From a virus: DNA of 64,000 bases. Where the stretch lies: positions 34,804 through 98,803 of IMG/VR virus record IMGVR_UViG_3300020048_000063. The stretch is one strand, 5' to 3'. Both the position numbers and the translations under genes were made by a program. A model generated the notes under the pieces. That model worked only from the letters and a program-made list of their open reading frames with translations, was not told where the DNA came from and made no database searches. Each line of letters starts with the position of its first letter. Positions within the stretch are counted from its first letter, which is position 1. This document shows positions 1 through 10,590 of this stretch, in pieces.

Positions 1-3000
1 TTGCGGCATATGATGCAGGTGGAATCCATTTAGGAATACCATTATCATAAATTCTGATATATGGGAAGAAATATCCTACACAACTTCTACCATCAATTTC
101 ACCGTGTTGTTGTGCGAACTGATAGTAATAATCAGGATTTTTAGTTTCATCTGCACCAGTTTTAACATATTCAAGATTAAGAGTACCGTCATCATTTACA
201 AATGATGGATTAGTTGATTCTCTAAAGATTTTGGCACTTGGCATACTAATAAATCCTAAGGCATTAAGTTTCATACCACAAAGATCTGCTAATTCTTGTT
301 TTGAACCAAATCCTTCTGGAGGTGTAAGTCCTAATCCAAATGAATCAACAAGATATCTCCAAGTAATCTTATTTTTATCTGCTAAACCTTTTGCAAGATT
401 TGTATCTTTATTAATGATATTAAGAATTGCATTTTGTCGTTCATCTGTACCATCTGGAATTGAATCTGTATGTACAACGAATGGAGAGATTTTCAAAGCT
501 TTATATTCATCAACATATTTATCAATTGAAGGATAATTAAATGTTTGATAATCATATCCTGTTCCTGATCCTGATGATCCAGAACTTCCTGATGATCCAG
601 AAGTTGCAATATTAAAATCTACAATTTTAATAGGTGCGTCAGTATAAAGGATCTTAAGATTTACATCATTAGGATCATTTTTAACATTAACAATTCTGGT
701 TAACTTTCTAGGTACTGAACCTTCTAAATAACCTGGTCCTGAAGGTGCTTCCCAGTTAGCTTCATCATAATAAGCGGCTAAGAAACTTCCTTTAGTAATT
801 TCAGAATATCTGTCTTTATTAACGTATATTTGTTGACAAGTTGTAAGATCATCACCAATCCAAGTTTCAATTTCAACTGATTGTTCCCAATTAGTTTTCT
901 TTGAATGAATTATTAATCCACCAATATCATAAGTACCATAACCAAAATCAGGTGTCGTTGCTACACTCCAATTAGTTGGAAAAGTATCAACTGCATAAGG
1001 AGTATCTGTAAGAGTTTCAGACACAAAATCAACGGTTAAAATACTACTTTGGTCTATAAACATTTTCAAATAACCTTTATTTGTAGAGCCTGTACTATTA
1101 TATTCATAGAAATAATCTAAGTTATTAATAACACCATTATAATAATCCAAGTAAAATTGTGAATATTTACCAACAATACCAGTTTTTGCTGAAATATAAC
1201 CAGCAGTACTTAGTACACTATTTACTGTTAATAAATTAGTAGTAGTATTTGCACCATCTTGTAATAAAAACTCATTATCTATGTAATATAATAAGAATGT
1301 ATTACCTATATGGCAAACTGTTTGGTCTGATGTTCCAACATAAATTTTAATTTTAGCGTTTGCGGTAGATGTAGGAGGAGTTGCAATTGATAATGTAACA
1401 GAAACCTTATCACCATCACTAAAATCACCAGTATTACCACTTGTAATAATAACACTTTTTACTCCTACATTTGAATCTAATTCATTAAAAGCTTGAATTG
1501 CTCTTAAATAATTATAATCTTCGTATGCTCCTGTTTTACCAGAAGTGCCATTAAATTCTATATTGATAAAATTACCAGTAGTATCAGTACCATCAGTTAT
1601 TGCGATTGTGTAACCACTAAGTCTAACATCACCTATTGGGAGATAATATGCCGTTGCTGAAGCATTATCTACAGTAACAGGATAATAATTAACTGAATAT
1701 GTAGAACCAGTTTTTGTATGATGTAAATAACCTAGTATAATAGTTTCATCTAAACTGTATGTATAATCAGGTTTAATTGCGCCTGTGAATGTAGTTGATG
1801 GAGAGCCATATAATGTATTTATAACATTATCACTTGTTAAATATAACACATCATATCTTGATCCTACTGTATAGGTAACACTACTTACCGTTACTGTAGT
1901 GTTTGTGAATCCTGATGTTAATGTACCATTCATAACATTATATCCAAAATCATCATAAACAAAATCCATTGTACAAAATGTTAAACCAGAAACTGGTTCA
2001 TTATTTGGATATATATCGGTAAATCCATTTATATACATACCACTTCTATTTAGATCACCTGGATAATTATTATAAGTTATTGTATTTAAAGTATTTGACA
2101 TCACATTATTACCAGAATCTAAGAATTTTGTAGTATAAGTTGTAGTTTCTTTAAGAGTTGTTTCATATGACATAAACTTAATACTATCAATATCTTGTCC
2201 AACAATAACATCACCAATAATATCTAAGTTACCTAATTTAAAATCTGCTTCTAATAGTGAATTTTCATTATAAGTACAGAATAAACCAGTTTTATCAGTA
2301 TTGTTATTGATAACATTTTTAATGTACATATCTCTGTTGTTTAAATCTTTGAAATATGGTATTAAGGAACAGTCATATTTAGCAAGAATTGTAACAGTTC
2401 TTTCTGCTAAGAAATTATTGACTTGAGTTTTTATCAAACCATTTTTATTAAAATATTTACCAAATGTAAGATCATTGCTTAATGTTCTATAATCTGACCA
2501 ATCACCAGCAACTACTACAACAGTTACTAAATAGTCAGATATCCATTCTCTATAATCTATGTATGCTGGAACTTTTGTTCTATCACCATACCATTCTTCT
2601 GCGGTTACATCAAACCCTGTTACACTTGATTTGAACATAAATACAGTAATATCTTTATCACCCATATTTGTAATATGGAATAGTCTTTGATCATCTTGAA
2701 CACCATAATTATTAGATTTAACAACATTTAAGAAAGCATCTGTATCTCTTTCCCAGAAAGCTTGTCTGTTAAAGAATGATTCATATGCTGATCTTTTAAC
2801 GTCACCATTTTGATATTGTGATGATACTGAGATGGTCTGCCAGTCTACCTTATCTCTATTAGGATTAGTTGCTAAGAGATTCAAAGCCCAAACTGGACCA
2901 CTTCTTAACATTTGTTTGACGGTTTTGTGAAAAAATGAGCCTTTATTCTCTAATCTTCTATCGTCATCACCAAAAATTGAAGTGAAATCATTAGGATTTG

Positions 3001-3160
3001 TTACATAAATTGGTGAGTTAAAAGGTCCTTTTTTAGAAAACCCCGGAACCAAATTTACAAGAACATCCTGTACTGGAAGTTCTATAATACTACTATCAAT
3101 CTCTTCAATGAAGATACCTGGTCTTTTGTATTTTCCGAAATCTTTGTCTTTGATTGGCAT
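1..3160 (-). CDS. Tail sheath protein, 3' end outside window (>1050 aa)
   Basis: Not in the ORF track because it has no stop in the window. Reading from the ATG at 3160 gives MPIKDKDFGKYKRPGIFIEEID..VPGFSKKGPFNSP..FTSIFG, and at the window edge GYFFPYIRIYDNGIPKWIPPASY. Both are sheath-like motifs. A late motif lies upstream. Confidence 0.85.
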   Translation of the reverse strand, partial: MPIKDKDFGKYKRPGIFIEEIDSSIIELPVQDVLVNLVPGFSKKGPFNSPIYVTNPNDFTSIFGDDDRRLENKGSFFHKTVKQMLRSGPVWALNLLATNPNRDKVDWQTISVSSQYQNGDVKRSAYESFFNRQAFWERDTDAFLNVVKSNNYGVQDDQRLFHITNMGDKDITVFMFKSSVTGFDVTAEEWYGDRTKVPAYIDYREWISDYLVTVVVVAGDWSDYRTLSNDLTFGKYFNKNGLIKTQVNNFLAERTVTILAKYDCSLIPYFKDLNNRDMYIKNVINNNTDKTGLFCTYNENSLLEADFKLGNLDIIGDVIVGQDIDSIKFMSYETTLKETTTYTTKFLDSGNNVMSNTLNTITYNNYPGDLNRSGMYINGFTDIYPNNEPVSGLTFCTMDFVYDDFGYNVMNGTLTSGFTNTTVTVSSVTYTVGSRYDVLYLTSDNVINTLYGSPSTTFTGAIKPDYTYSLDETIILGYLHHTKTGSTYSVNYYPVTVDNASATAYYLPIGDVRLSGYTIAITDGTDTTGNFINIEFNGTSGKTGAYEDYNYLRAIQAFNELDSNVGVKSVIITSGNTGDFSDGDKVSVTLSIATPPTSTANAKIKIYVGTSDQTVCHIGNTFLLYYIDNEFLLQDGANTTTNLLTVNSVLSTAGYISAKTGIVGKYSQFYLDYYNGVINNLDYFYEYNSTGSTNKGYLKMFIDQSSILTVDFVSETLTDTPYAVDTFPTNWSVATTPDFGYGTYDIGGLIIHSKKTNWEQSVEIETWIGDDLTTCQQIYVNKDRYSEITKGSFLAAYYDEANWEAPSGPGYLEGSVPRKLTRIVNVKNDPNDVNLKILYTDAPIKIVDFNIATSGSSGSSGSSGSGTGYDYQTFNYPSIDKYVDEYKALKISPFVVHTDSIPDGTDERQNAILNIINKDTNLAKGLADKNKITWRYLVDSFGLGLTPPEGFGSKQELADLCGMKLNALGFISMPSAKIFRESTNPSFVNDDGTLNLEYVKTGADETKNPDYYYQFAQQHGEIDGRSCVGYFFPYIRIYDNGIPKWIPPASYAA

Positions 3161-3182
3161 AATTAAAAATTATTTTTTATTG

Positions 3183-3192
3183 TATATATTAA
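3183..3192 (-). promoter_or_regulatory. Late-type promoter motif TTAATATATA (sheath)
   Basis: The same TTWATATATA motif lies upstream of many structural and tagged genes. A second copy is at about 3240-3249. Confidence 0.65.
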
Positions 3193-3319
3193 AAATTATT
3201 TTGTAAAAAATCTTATTTTAGATGTTTTTACTTTTTTATTATATATTAATTTGATTTTTTGAAAAAAAGCCAAAAAACATGCAAAATACAACTCAATTTT
3301 TTATTTTAAATAAATTTTA

Positions 3320-3387
3320 TATATTTGTAAACAGTGAAAAAATAAATAGTCCTGATTTTTTTTATTCGGATAAAAATTGTACTTTTG
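3320..3387 (+). promoter_or_regulatory. Two Bacteroidota sigmaA-like early promoters
   Basis: TATATTTG at 3320-3327 and TACTTTTG at 3380-3387, each 14-15 nt after a T-run-AT element. Confidence 0.7.
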
Positions 3388-3415
3388 TACTGTTGAAACA
3401 CTAAAAACATAAACT

Positions 3416-4267
3416 ATGAGATACTATTATAACCAAGGTTCAGTTGCAATCAGTAAAGATTTTGATTCAGTAAAAGTGAATGAAGATCTTGATAAATTTG
3501 AAAACAAAGTAGAAGGTGGTGTTCTCACAACCACTTTTGATGGTCGTATTATCTGCAAAGCAGATGTATCAAAAATATATTATAACTTTGATTTTACCAG
3601 TTTCAGTAAATCAATTTTAGCTGAAATTACAAAATATTTTACTCCTGAAAAATACTCACTTAAAGTTGCAAGTGGTGTTCAGGAAATTCGTCTTATTGGT
3701 GATGAACTTTTCATTGACAATCAAAAATATAAAAAAATGATTAGTATTGTTAATTCAACAGACAAATCAAAAGCATTATCAATGAACGTAGGTTTGGTAA
3801 AGGTTGACGAAAGAAATCGTCCACTTTCTTATACTATTCTCACAAGTTTTAGTAACAAACATTACAAATCAACATTACCTGAAAAAATCAAATCATTTTC
3901 AGATAATCTTATCAATTTCAATATTGATATTAATTTCCACATCAAAACTATTGAAGACCTTAAAAATAAGGAAGTTTCGCTTGTTAGTTTTGTAAAGAGT
4001 ATTCTTTATAGGGAAGATGGAAAAGTTATTAAAACTGTTGAAATAAAACTTCGCGCCTTAGGTCACAAATTAATTTATGACTATGGTTTCAGAAAAAATT
4101 ATTCTACTTTGACTAATTTAACTGATGCTAAAATCAACAATATTGTTGATATTGAAATGAATTCAAAAGTTTTATACGATGCTTATCTTGAACTTTTCAA
4201 AGATAGTGATACTTCAATTATCGCAAGGGAATCAAGAAGAATTATTGACGCATTAGAAAACTGTTAA
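3416..4267 (+). CDS. Hypothetical early protein, possibly divergent DUF932/DUF945-like
   Basis: ISIVNSTDKSKALSMNVGL resembles the hhNSxDGS..hG motif. The ORF is solid; the family call is weak. Confidence 0.45.
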   Translation: MRYYYNQGSVAISKDFDSVKVNEDLDKFENKVEGGVLTTTFDGRIICKADVSKIYYNFDFTSFSKSILAEITKYFTPEKYSLKVASGVQEIRLIGDELFIDNQKYKKMISIVNSTDKSKALSMNVGLVKVDERNRPLSYTILTSFSNKHYKSTLPEKIKSFSDNLINFNIDINFHIKTIEDLKNKEVSLVSFVKSILYREDGKVIKTVEIKLRALGHKLIYDYGFRKNYSTLTNLTDAKINNIVDIEMNSKVLYDAYLELFKDSDTSIIARESRRIIDALENC

Positions 4268-4289
4268 GATTATGGAAAAATAAAAATAA

Positions 4290-4637
4290 ATGAATAAAGA
4301 AGAATTAGAAAAATATATTGACCTTGAAATACAATGGTTGAATTATTACGCAAATGAAGAAACCAGAACTAAACTAAATGAAAATTCAGAGATTTACAGA
4401 GATTTAAAATCAATTGGATATACAAAAAGGGTTCTAAAATTAGACTCAAGATGTTGTCCATGTACTATAACTTCCGATGAAATTATAATAGAAGGAACAG
4501 ATTTATCAGTTTTAAGGAAACATGAATATAATATAAGGGGTGAAAATAAATTATCACCTATTGAAACTTATATCACAATTTTTCCTGAAAAAAAGATGGA
4601 AATATTAAATAGATTAATTTATAAATATAAAAATTGA
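4290..4637 (+). CDS. Hypothetical protein
   Basis: 115 aa ORF, operon-like spacing. Confidence 0.7.
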   Translation: MNKEELEKYIDLEIQWLNYYANEETRTKLNENSEIYRDLKSIGYTKRVLKLDSRCCPCTITSDEIIIEGTDLSVLRKHEYNIRGENKLSPIETYITIFPEKKMEILNRLIYKYKN

Positions 4638-4643
4638 AAAATT

Positions 4644-5084
4644 ATGAGTAATGAAGGACCAAAAGATGGATATGCGTTTATTATAGATACAAACTCATAT
4701 GCAGGTAATTTTGAAAGAGAAATGACAGCACATTTAACAGGTATTGTTGGTGAATGTGGTGTTGGAGAGGAACTTATTGAAGATGAAGTAGCAGAAAAAT
4801 TTGATGATATTGTACAACAAGTAGCAGATGAACATGGTTGTGAAAGACCAACATCATGCTGGAAAAGTGTTGACAAAAAGAATTATAACTCTGTTGCTAT
4901 TTTCTTTTATGATAAACCAACACAAGAACAGATTGATTTTATGAAAGAACGCACAAAAACTTTTAATGTGGCACATAAAACAAAAGGACGAATGGCAAAA
5001 TGGACAAAAAATGATCCTGATATTGAAATTTTAGGATTTAGACTTATTGAATTTGTATCAACTTCTAAAGAAATATCATTATGA
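4644..5084 (+). CDS. Hypothetical protein
   Basis: 146 aa ORF, ATGA overlap with the next gene. Confidence 0.75.
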   Translation: MSNEGPKDGYAFIIDTNSYAGNFEREMTAHLTGIVGECGVGEELIEDEVAEKFDDIVQQVADEHGCERPTSCWKSVDKKNYNSVAIFFYDKPTQEQIDFMKERTKTFNVAHKTKGRMAKWTKNDPDIEILGFRLIEFVSTSKEISL

Positions 5085-5278
5085 GCAAAAGATTAATATA
5101 CAATTTAAAAGTATGGCTTATTTATAGTATAATTTGTTATATTATACTTATTCCATTTGAAATATGGATAACTGGAATTTCAATCTCAATTTTAATTGGA
5201 TTCTTTTTTGGTTGTCTAAATACAATAATAACAGAACTTCGCAAATTAAATGGTGAAAAATTTGAAAATATTGATTAA
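5081..5278 (+). CDS. Small membrane protein
   Basis: Two hydrophobic segments. Confidence 0.6.
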   Translation: MSKRLIYNLKVWLIYSIICYIILIPFEIWITGISISILIGFFFGCLNTIITELRKLNGEKFENID

Positions 5279-5279
5279 T

Positions 5280-5447
5280 ATGACAGAAAGAGAAATGTTT
5301 GAGAAATCATTTGAAAGACCTAAAAATTATTTTAAGTTGTCTCCTGAAAGACAATGGGAAATTGATGATCTTTTAGGTATTTTAGATTGGGAAGGTAGAG
5401 ATTTAACGAAAGAAGACAAAGAAAGATTTGATAATTATTACGAATAA
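5280..5447 (+). CDS. Hypothetical protein (start reassigned to MTEREMF)
   Basis: In-frame ATG just after the upstream stop. Confidence 0.6.
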   Translation: MTEREMFEKSFERPKNYFKLSPERQWEIDDLLGILDWEGRDLTKEDKERFDNYYE

Positions 5448-5544
5448 TTTTTTATTTCGTGATAATTATTTTATATTTGAGAAGATTAATTTTTAATTTT
5501 TTAAAACAAAACCATATATTTTTACTATATAGTGGTTCTAAATT

Positions 5545-6177
5545 ATGCTTATGAAAAAAGACAAAATAAACGAACTTGAAAAACAGTTTGAAGAACGCAC
5601 AGGTGTAAATTTTCAAAACTTTTACAAGAATTACAAACCAAAGTTGATGTGGTATCTTTCCAGATACACAAAAGATCCAGAGGTTGCAGAAGATCATGTA
5701 GAAGATGCTTTTATACAAGCATTATTGAATATAAGCACGTACAAGAGACCTGATGAAGGAGGCGCACAAGTTAATACTTGGATTTACAAAATTGCCGAAA
5801 ACATCGTGAAAAAGGCTCACAAAGATAGTGAAAGAATTCCTACCAATTCCTTAGACAAGGAAATGGTTGAGAATGTTCATTTATCTAATCTCATTCCTTA
5901 TGAAGATGGTAAAAAGCACAATGATGAATATAATATATTCGTCAGAAAAGCTTCAATCATCAAAGAAACAATCTATAATTTACCTGAAAAGGATTCTAAG
6001 TACAAAAAAGTTTTAATTATGAGAGAAATTGAAGGTATGGCATATAAAGAAATTGCTGAAGAATTAAGTATTAATTTATCCACCATTAAATCTCAAATTA
6101 AAAAAGGTAGGAATATCATAAAAAAGAAGGTCTTTAAAAAATTTCAAGAAATAGACCACAATGGTATAGACGAATGA
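5545..6177 (+). CDS. ECF-type RNA polymerase sigma-70 factor
   Basis: Region 2 motifs AEDHVEDAF and NTWIYKIAEN; region 4 HTH MREIEGMAYKEIAEELSINLSTIKSQI. Confidence 0.9.
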   Translation: MLMKKDKINELEKQFEERTGVNFQNFYKNYKPKLMWYLSRYTKDPEVAEDHVEDAFIQALLNISTYKRPDEGGAQVNTWIYKIAENIVKKAHKDSERIPTNSLDKEMVENVHLSNLIPYEDGKKHNDEYNIFVRKASIIKETIYNLPEKDSKYKKVLIMREIEGMAYKEIAEELSINLSTIKSQIKKGRNIIKKKVFKKFQEIDHNGIDE

Positions 6178-6401
6178 TATCCTACGAAGGTTCAAAATGG
6201 TATGTAAAAATGTGGAGAGCAAGATGGTATTTATATGCCATCTTGCTTTATCTTAAGGAATATATTAGTATTGATGTGTGGTTAGAATTTTTTGTAAATG
6301 AAGGATTTGAAGATGATGTGAAAAAAAAATTCAGAACAGAATGGAAAGATATTAAAAAACACGTTGAATTAAGTAAAATGTATAAATTTTCCGCAAAATA
6401 A
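6174..6401 (+). CDS. Hypothetical protein
   Basis: Translationally coupled to the sigma gene (ATGA overlap). Confidence 0.65.
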   Translation: MISYEGSKWYVKMWRARWYLYAILLYLKEYISIDVWLEFFVNEGFEDDVKKKFRTEWKDIKKHVELSKMYKFSAK

Positions 6402-6453
6402 TTTTTAATAATGAATAATAAATTGTAGTTTTGTATTTCTAAAAATATAAAAA

Positions 6454-7194
6454 ATGAAAGACGACGAAAAACCAATTGAAGGTTATGATTTTTCCCTGAA
6501 AAAAGAAGAAATCAAAAAAATATTTAATACTCCTGATTATCAGGATTTTAAAAAGAAACAGAAGAAAACTCAAGCAAGGAGAGAAACTACATATAAGATA
6601 ACATCAATTGGTAACTCTACTAATAATGTGAGAAATTTAATTCTTATAAACGTTGTACTCTTTTTATTTCAAGTATTCTCACCAATTATAACAAATATTG
6701 GTGCTTGTTATAATATAATGGATCCAAATTTTGCGATATGGCAACCTGTAACATCAATGTTTCTTCATGGTGGATTTATACATTTAGCATTAAATATGTT
6801 TGTATTATGGTCATTTGGAAATCAAATTGAAAATGTACTTGATGGTAAAAAATTTCTCACACTTTACTTTATAAGTGGATTAGGTGGAAGTTTACTTTGG
6901 ATGTTTTTTGGTACAGGTCCCGCAGTAGGAGCATCTGGCGCATTATGTGGACTATTAGCGGCTTACATTTTCATAGCACCAGAAGCAAAAGTTTTATTAT
7001 TCTTTGTAATACCTATGAAAATTAAAAATGCTGTATATGGATTTGCTGCTTTTTCATTCGTATTTGGTCTGTTATCACTAATAAATCCATCATTTGGCTT
7101 TGGTATTGGGCACTTTGCACACCTTGGAGGAATGATTGGAGGTTACTTATTAACATTATACTGGAGAAAGAAAAATCTAATACCATCTTATTAA
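6454..7194 (+). CDS. Rhomboid intramembrane serine protease
   Basis: TSMFLHGGFIHLALNM, catalytic GASG, HFAHLGG, multiple transmembrane segments. Confidence 0.93.
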   Translation: MKDDEKPIEGYDFSLKKEEIKKIFNTPDYQDFKKKQKKTQARRETTYKITSIGNSTNNVRNLILINVVLFLFQVFSPIITNIGACYNIMDPNFAIWQPVTSMFLHGGFIHLALNMFVLWSFGNQIENVLDGKKFLTLYFISGLGGSLLWMFFGTGPAVGASGALCGLLAAYIFIAPEAKVLLFFVIPMKIKNAVYGFAAFSFVFGLLSLINPSFGFGIGHFAHLGGMIGGYLLTLYWRKKNLIPSY

Positions 7195-7253
7195 GATAAA
7201 TTTTTTTTATTCAAAAATAAATAGTACTTTTGCTGTATCAAAAAAATACAACA

Positions 7254-7595
7254 ATGAAAAAAATAATCTCTATACTATTTTTACTCCTAATCTCGTTATC
7301 GGTTTTTGCTGAATCCAAAATGGATTCTGCATTAAGAGTAAATAAACAACAAAAAGAATTAAAAACCACTGATGGTGGACAAGAACTTGTAAACATCTTT
7401 ACTCCTGATGAACAAAATAGTTTAAGTAGAAATACAGATACAATTGTTTCATCAAGTAAAACAATATGGAGTATTTTGAAACAAGAAGTAAAAATGTTTG
7501 GAATAAAAAAAACAATTCAAATTAATGCAAATATACTCCTACCTATTACAATTTTAATAATACTCCTTTTACTGTGGTTAAAAGGAAGAAAATAA
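7254..7595 (+). CDS. Secreted, C-terminally membrane-anchored protein
   Basis: Signal peptide MKKIISILFLLLISLSVFA; C-terminal TM followed by KGRK. The track's TTG at 7230 lies inside the promoter TACTTTTG (7225-7232). Confidence 0.7.
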   Translation: MKKIISILFLLLISLSVFAESKMDSALRVNKQQKELKTTDGGQELVNIFTPDEQNSLSRNTDTIVSSSKTIWSILKQEVKMFGIKKTIQINANILLPITILIILLLLWLKGRK

Positions 7596-7625
7596 TTTAA
7601 AAACTAAAACAAATAAAAAACAAAT

Positions 7626-9284
7626 ATGTTAGATTTCTATAAACACGTAATTCCTGGTCAAATGCACGAAAAGCTAACAGAAGCTATCGTAGCAATGATG
7701 GCAACTGGTAATTTACCTTACTATGGTGAATTTGCTTTGTTCATCAACTTTTATGAATCAAAAAACAATCCTTATATTCCAACCGCAGGTGTTAATGTTA
7801 CATCTGCTGGTATGAATTTTTATTGGGATCGCAAGTTTATTGATAGTCTTCCACAACCTGAAATCAATTTTCTTTTAATTCACGAAGAATTTCACATCCT
7901 TTTTGATCACATCAAGAGAAGTGTAGGATATGATGCAAGGTCTGCCAATATTGTACAGGATATGATTATCAATCAGATTATTCATGATGAAATTATGAAA
8001 CAACAGGGACTTGGTACGGGTCCTAAACCTTTCATTGATACTCCAAAAGATATGTTCAAAAAAAATAGTGCATTATTTATTCCAAAAGAATATAAAGGCG
8101 AAGCTATCTTTGAAGATTTATACGAATGGTTTGTCAACAAAAAAAGAGAGTGGCAAGAAAAAAATAAGGACAAAATTCAGCAAATGAGAAAAGAAGCGAA
8201 TAAATGTCCTAAATGTGGTACACCTATGGAAAGCGGTGAACCAGATCCAAATAAACAAGATAAGCAAGGTCAACCACAACCAGGTGACGGTGATGGTAAA
8301 GGAAAAGATAAACAGGACAAACAAGACGGTAAAGGTAAAGGTAAAGGTCAACAAGGTCAAGGTCAGCCACAACCAGGTCAAGGTCAACCAGGACAAGGTG
8401 GACAAGGTGGTGAACAAGAAAGTGACCAAGATGGTGACGGTGATGGCAACAGTCCAAATAAATGTCCTAATTGTGGTCATGAACACAGTAACAACAAATC
8501 TCGTCAGGGTCAGAAAGATACTGCTGGTAATGATAAATATGGCAAATATGGTAAGAATGATGCAGAAATGTACTCACTTGATACTATCTTTGAAGGTGAA
8601 GAAAGAGAAGAACAAAATACTCTTGACGCACACCTTGGTGATGATATTCCACAAGAACTTAAACGTGAAATCGTTGAGGGTATTATGACCAAACTTAAGA
8701 ACCGTGGTTTAACATCTGGTGATGTTGAAGCAATTCTTAATAAACTTCGTAAAACTAAAAAGGACTATCTTAAAGAAATCAAAAGAACTATGAGTAATCA
8801 TATCTTTGGTTCAAAGAAAGAAAAAACCATTGTTCGTCCTAACCGTAGAGGTATTGCCGGATTAAAAGGTAGTAAGAAATATAAGAATGAAATCAATGTT
8901 CTTCTTGATACATCAGGATCAATGGGTGGTGAATTTGAAAAAGTTCTTTCCTATATCTTCCAGAATGATATTCAAATGAACCTTATTCAATGTGATGCAC
9001 AAGTTCAACAAGTCCTTAAAATCAAGGATAAAAAACAACTTGAAAAAATGAAAATCCGTGGTCTTGGTGGTACAACACTTCAACCAGGTCTTGATTTTAT
9101 GTCCGATAAAAAGAACAAAATCAATATGTATAATACTGTAATTCTTACTGACGGTTATACAGACTCATTAAACTTCAAATTGATTAAGACTAAAACTCTT
9201 ATTCTTTCAACCGCTGAAAAATGTCCAATCGCATTTGATAATGGTAGAGTAAAACAAATCAATCACATAGGTAAACAGGATTAA
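7626..9284 (+). CDS. DUF2201-type metallopeptidase plus vWA domain protein
   Basis: HEEFH zincin motif; MIDAS DTSGSM, GGT and ILTDG; a Gly/Gln/Asp low-complexity insert between two CPxCG motifs. Confidence 0.88.
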   Translation: MLDFYKHVIPGQMHEKLTEAIVAMMATGNLPYYGEFALFINFYESKNNPYIPTAGVNVTSAGMNFYWDRKFIDSLPQPEINFLLIHEEFHILFDHIKRSVGYDARSANIVQDMIINQIIHDEIMKQQGLGTGPKPFIDTPKDMFKKNSALFIPKEYKGEAIFEDLYEWFVNKKREWQEKNKDKIQQMRKEANKCPKCGTPMESGEPDPNKQDKQGQPQPGDGDGKGKDKQDKQDGKGKGKGQQGQGQPQPGQGQPGQGGQGGEQESDQDGDGDGNSPNKCPNCGHEHSNNKSRQGQKDTAGNDKYGKYGKNDAEMYSLDTIFEGEEREEQNTLDAHLGDDIPQELKREIVEGIMTKLKNRGLTSGDVEAILNKLRKTKKDYLKEIKRTMSNHIFGSKKEKTIVRPNRRGIAGLKGSKKYKNEINVLLDTSGSMGGEFEKVLSYIFQNDIQMNLIQCDAQVQQVLKIKDKKQLEKMKIRGLGGTTLQPGLDFMSDKKNKINMYNTVILTDGYTDSLNFKLIKTKTLILSTAEKCPIAFDNGRVKQINHIGKQD

Positions 9285-9300
9285 ACCTGTTTACCTTTTT
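9269..9300 (+). terminator. Intrinsic terminator
   Basis: AGGTAAACAGG/CCTGTTTACCT hairpin followed by a T-run. Confidence 0.7.
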
Positions 9301-9311
9301 ATAAAGTAAAT

Positions 9312-9437
9312 ATGCACGGAAAAGTCAAAATAACCACCAATGGTAAAATTGCTATGTTGCGAGGCAAAATCTTTACTAAAAAAGGTGAAAAATTCATTGA
9401 AATAGATAATAAAATATACTTGTTAAAAAAAGTCTAA
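9312..9437 (+). CDS. Small hypothetical protein (41 aa, MHGKVKITTNGK...)
   Basis: Read directly from the sequence; fills the gap and stops just before the next ATG. Confidence 0.5.
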   Translation: MHGKVKITTNGKIAMLRGKIFTKKGEKFIEIDNKIYLLKKV

Positions 9438-9438
9438 C

Positions 9439-10482
9439 ATGAACAAGAAAAAAAATTTACTGAATTTATTTACGAAAGATATTTCGTACAATTATCATAT
9501 CATTAAAGTTGATGAACCAAAAGGTCATTTAATTTATTTAATGAAAAATGGTTCTAGTTTAGATACTGATACATTAGAATTCGCTCCAACCAAAATTGCA
9601 GAAGAATTAACTATGGAATGTAAAGTTGATATGGAAAAATTTGCACCTGCAATATTCTTTACTGATGAATATAATTCAGATGAATTAAAAGAAAAATTAA
9701 ATAATAAATTTTCAGAAACTCCTGAATTTTCAACTTTTATTGATTCTATTAAAGATGAATATAGAATTTTAGAAGTTAAAGACTCATTACTTTTCAAAAA
9801 AGATCCTCAAGCATATGAAGAATCAAAAAGAAAAGAATATGAAGATCATCAGAAGGAACTTTGGGACGAAATGATTGAACAACATAAAAACAAAAAACAA
9901 AACAGGGATAATGCCATTATGGCGTATGATAATGATTTGTTTAAATTGCTAAAAGAATATTTTGAAAGTATAATTGAATTTGAAAAAAGAGATTTTGCTC
10001 TTGACTCAGAACTTGAAAAAATAATTGGCAATCTAATTGATCCTGAAACATGGATAAAAATTAATGACCATCCTTTTGCCTGTAGAATTGAACCAATTTC
10101 TTTTGACGGAAAAGATAAACTTAATGTGTTCTTAACTGATAATAATGACTATTCTTATACAGCAACATTAAGATTTGATAAAACTGTTCTTATAACAGAA
10201 AATATTATCAGGATTAATAAAGAAGATGCTTTACCTAAATGTATGCCAGACTATGAATTTATTTCTAATTTATATGATGTTGATATAACATCTGTAAAAG
10301 ATTGGGAATTCAAAAATGACACAGATAGATTTGAATATGTAATTGACTATCTTGTTCCTATTTTCACCGAAGAAAAAAAGAAAAAAGAAGAGGAATTTGT
10401 TGCTAAAGCATTGAAGGAAATGGAAGAAGAAGAAAAAGAAGCAGAAGAAAAAGAAGCAGAAGATGAAAAAAACAATATATAA
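9439..10482 (+). CDS. Hypothetical acidic protein
   Basis: 347 aa ORF. Confidence 0.75.
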   Translation: MNKKKNLLNLFTKDISYNYHIIKVDEPKGHLIYLMKNGSSLDTDTLEFAPTKIAEELTMECKVDMEKFAPAIFFTDEYNSDELKEKLNNKFSETPEFSTFIDSIKDEYRILEVKDSLLFKKDPQAYEESKRKEYEDHQKELWDEMIEQHKNKKQNRDNAIMAYDNDLFKLLKEYFESIIEFEKRDFALDSELEKIIGNLIDPETWIKINDHPFACRIEPISFDGKDKLNVFLTDNNDYSYTATLRFDKTVLITENIIRINKEDALPKCMPDYEFISNLYDVDITSVKDWEFKNDTDRFEYVIDYLVPIFTEEKKKKEEEFVAKALKEMEEEEKEAEEKEAEDEKNNI

Positions 10483-10506
10483 TTTTTTTAATCCAATAAT
10501 TAATTA

Positions 10507-10590
10507 TACTTTTGTACTTCAAAGATGAAACAAACAAAATAAAAATAAAATCATTGAATTTTTTTATATCAAAAATAAATGATACATTTG
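10507..10590 (+). promoter_or_regulatory. Tandem early promoters (TACTTTTG, TACATTTG)
   Basis: TAnnTTTG at 10507-10514 and 10583-10590, each with an upstream T-run. Confidence 0.7.

Noticed and set aside
231-536. Plus-strand 101-aa ORF
   Set aside because: Antisense to the tail sheath gene.
7982-8692. Several overlapping alternate-frame ORFs
   Set aside because: By-products of the low-complexity insert in the DUF2201-vWA gene.
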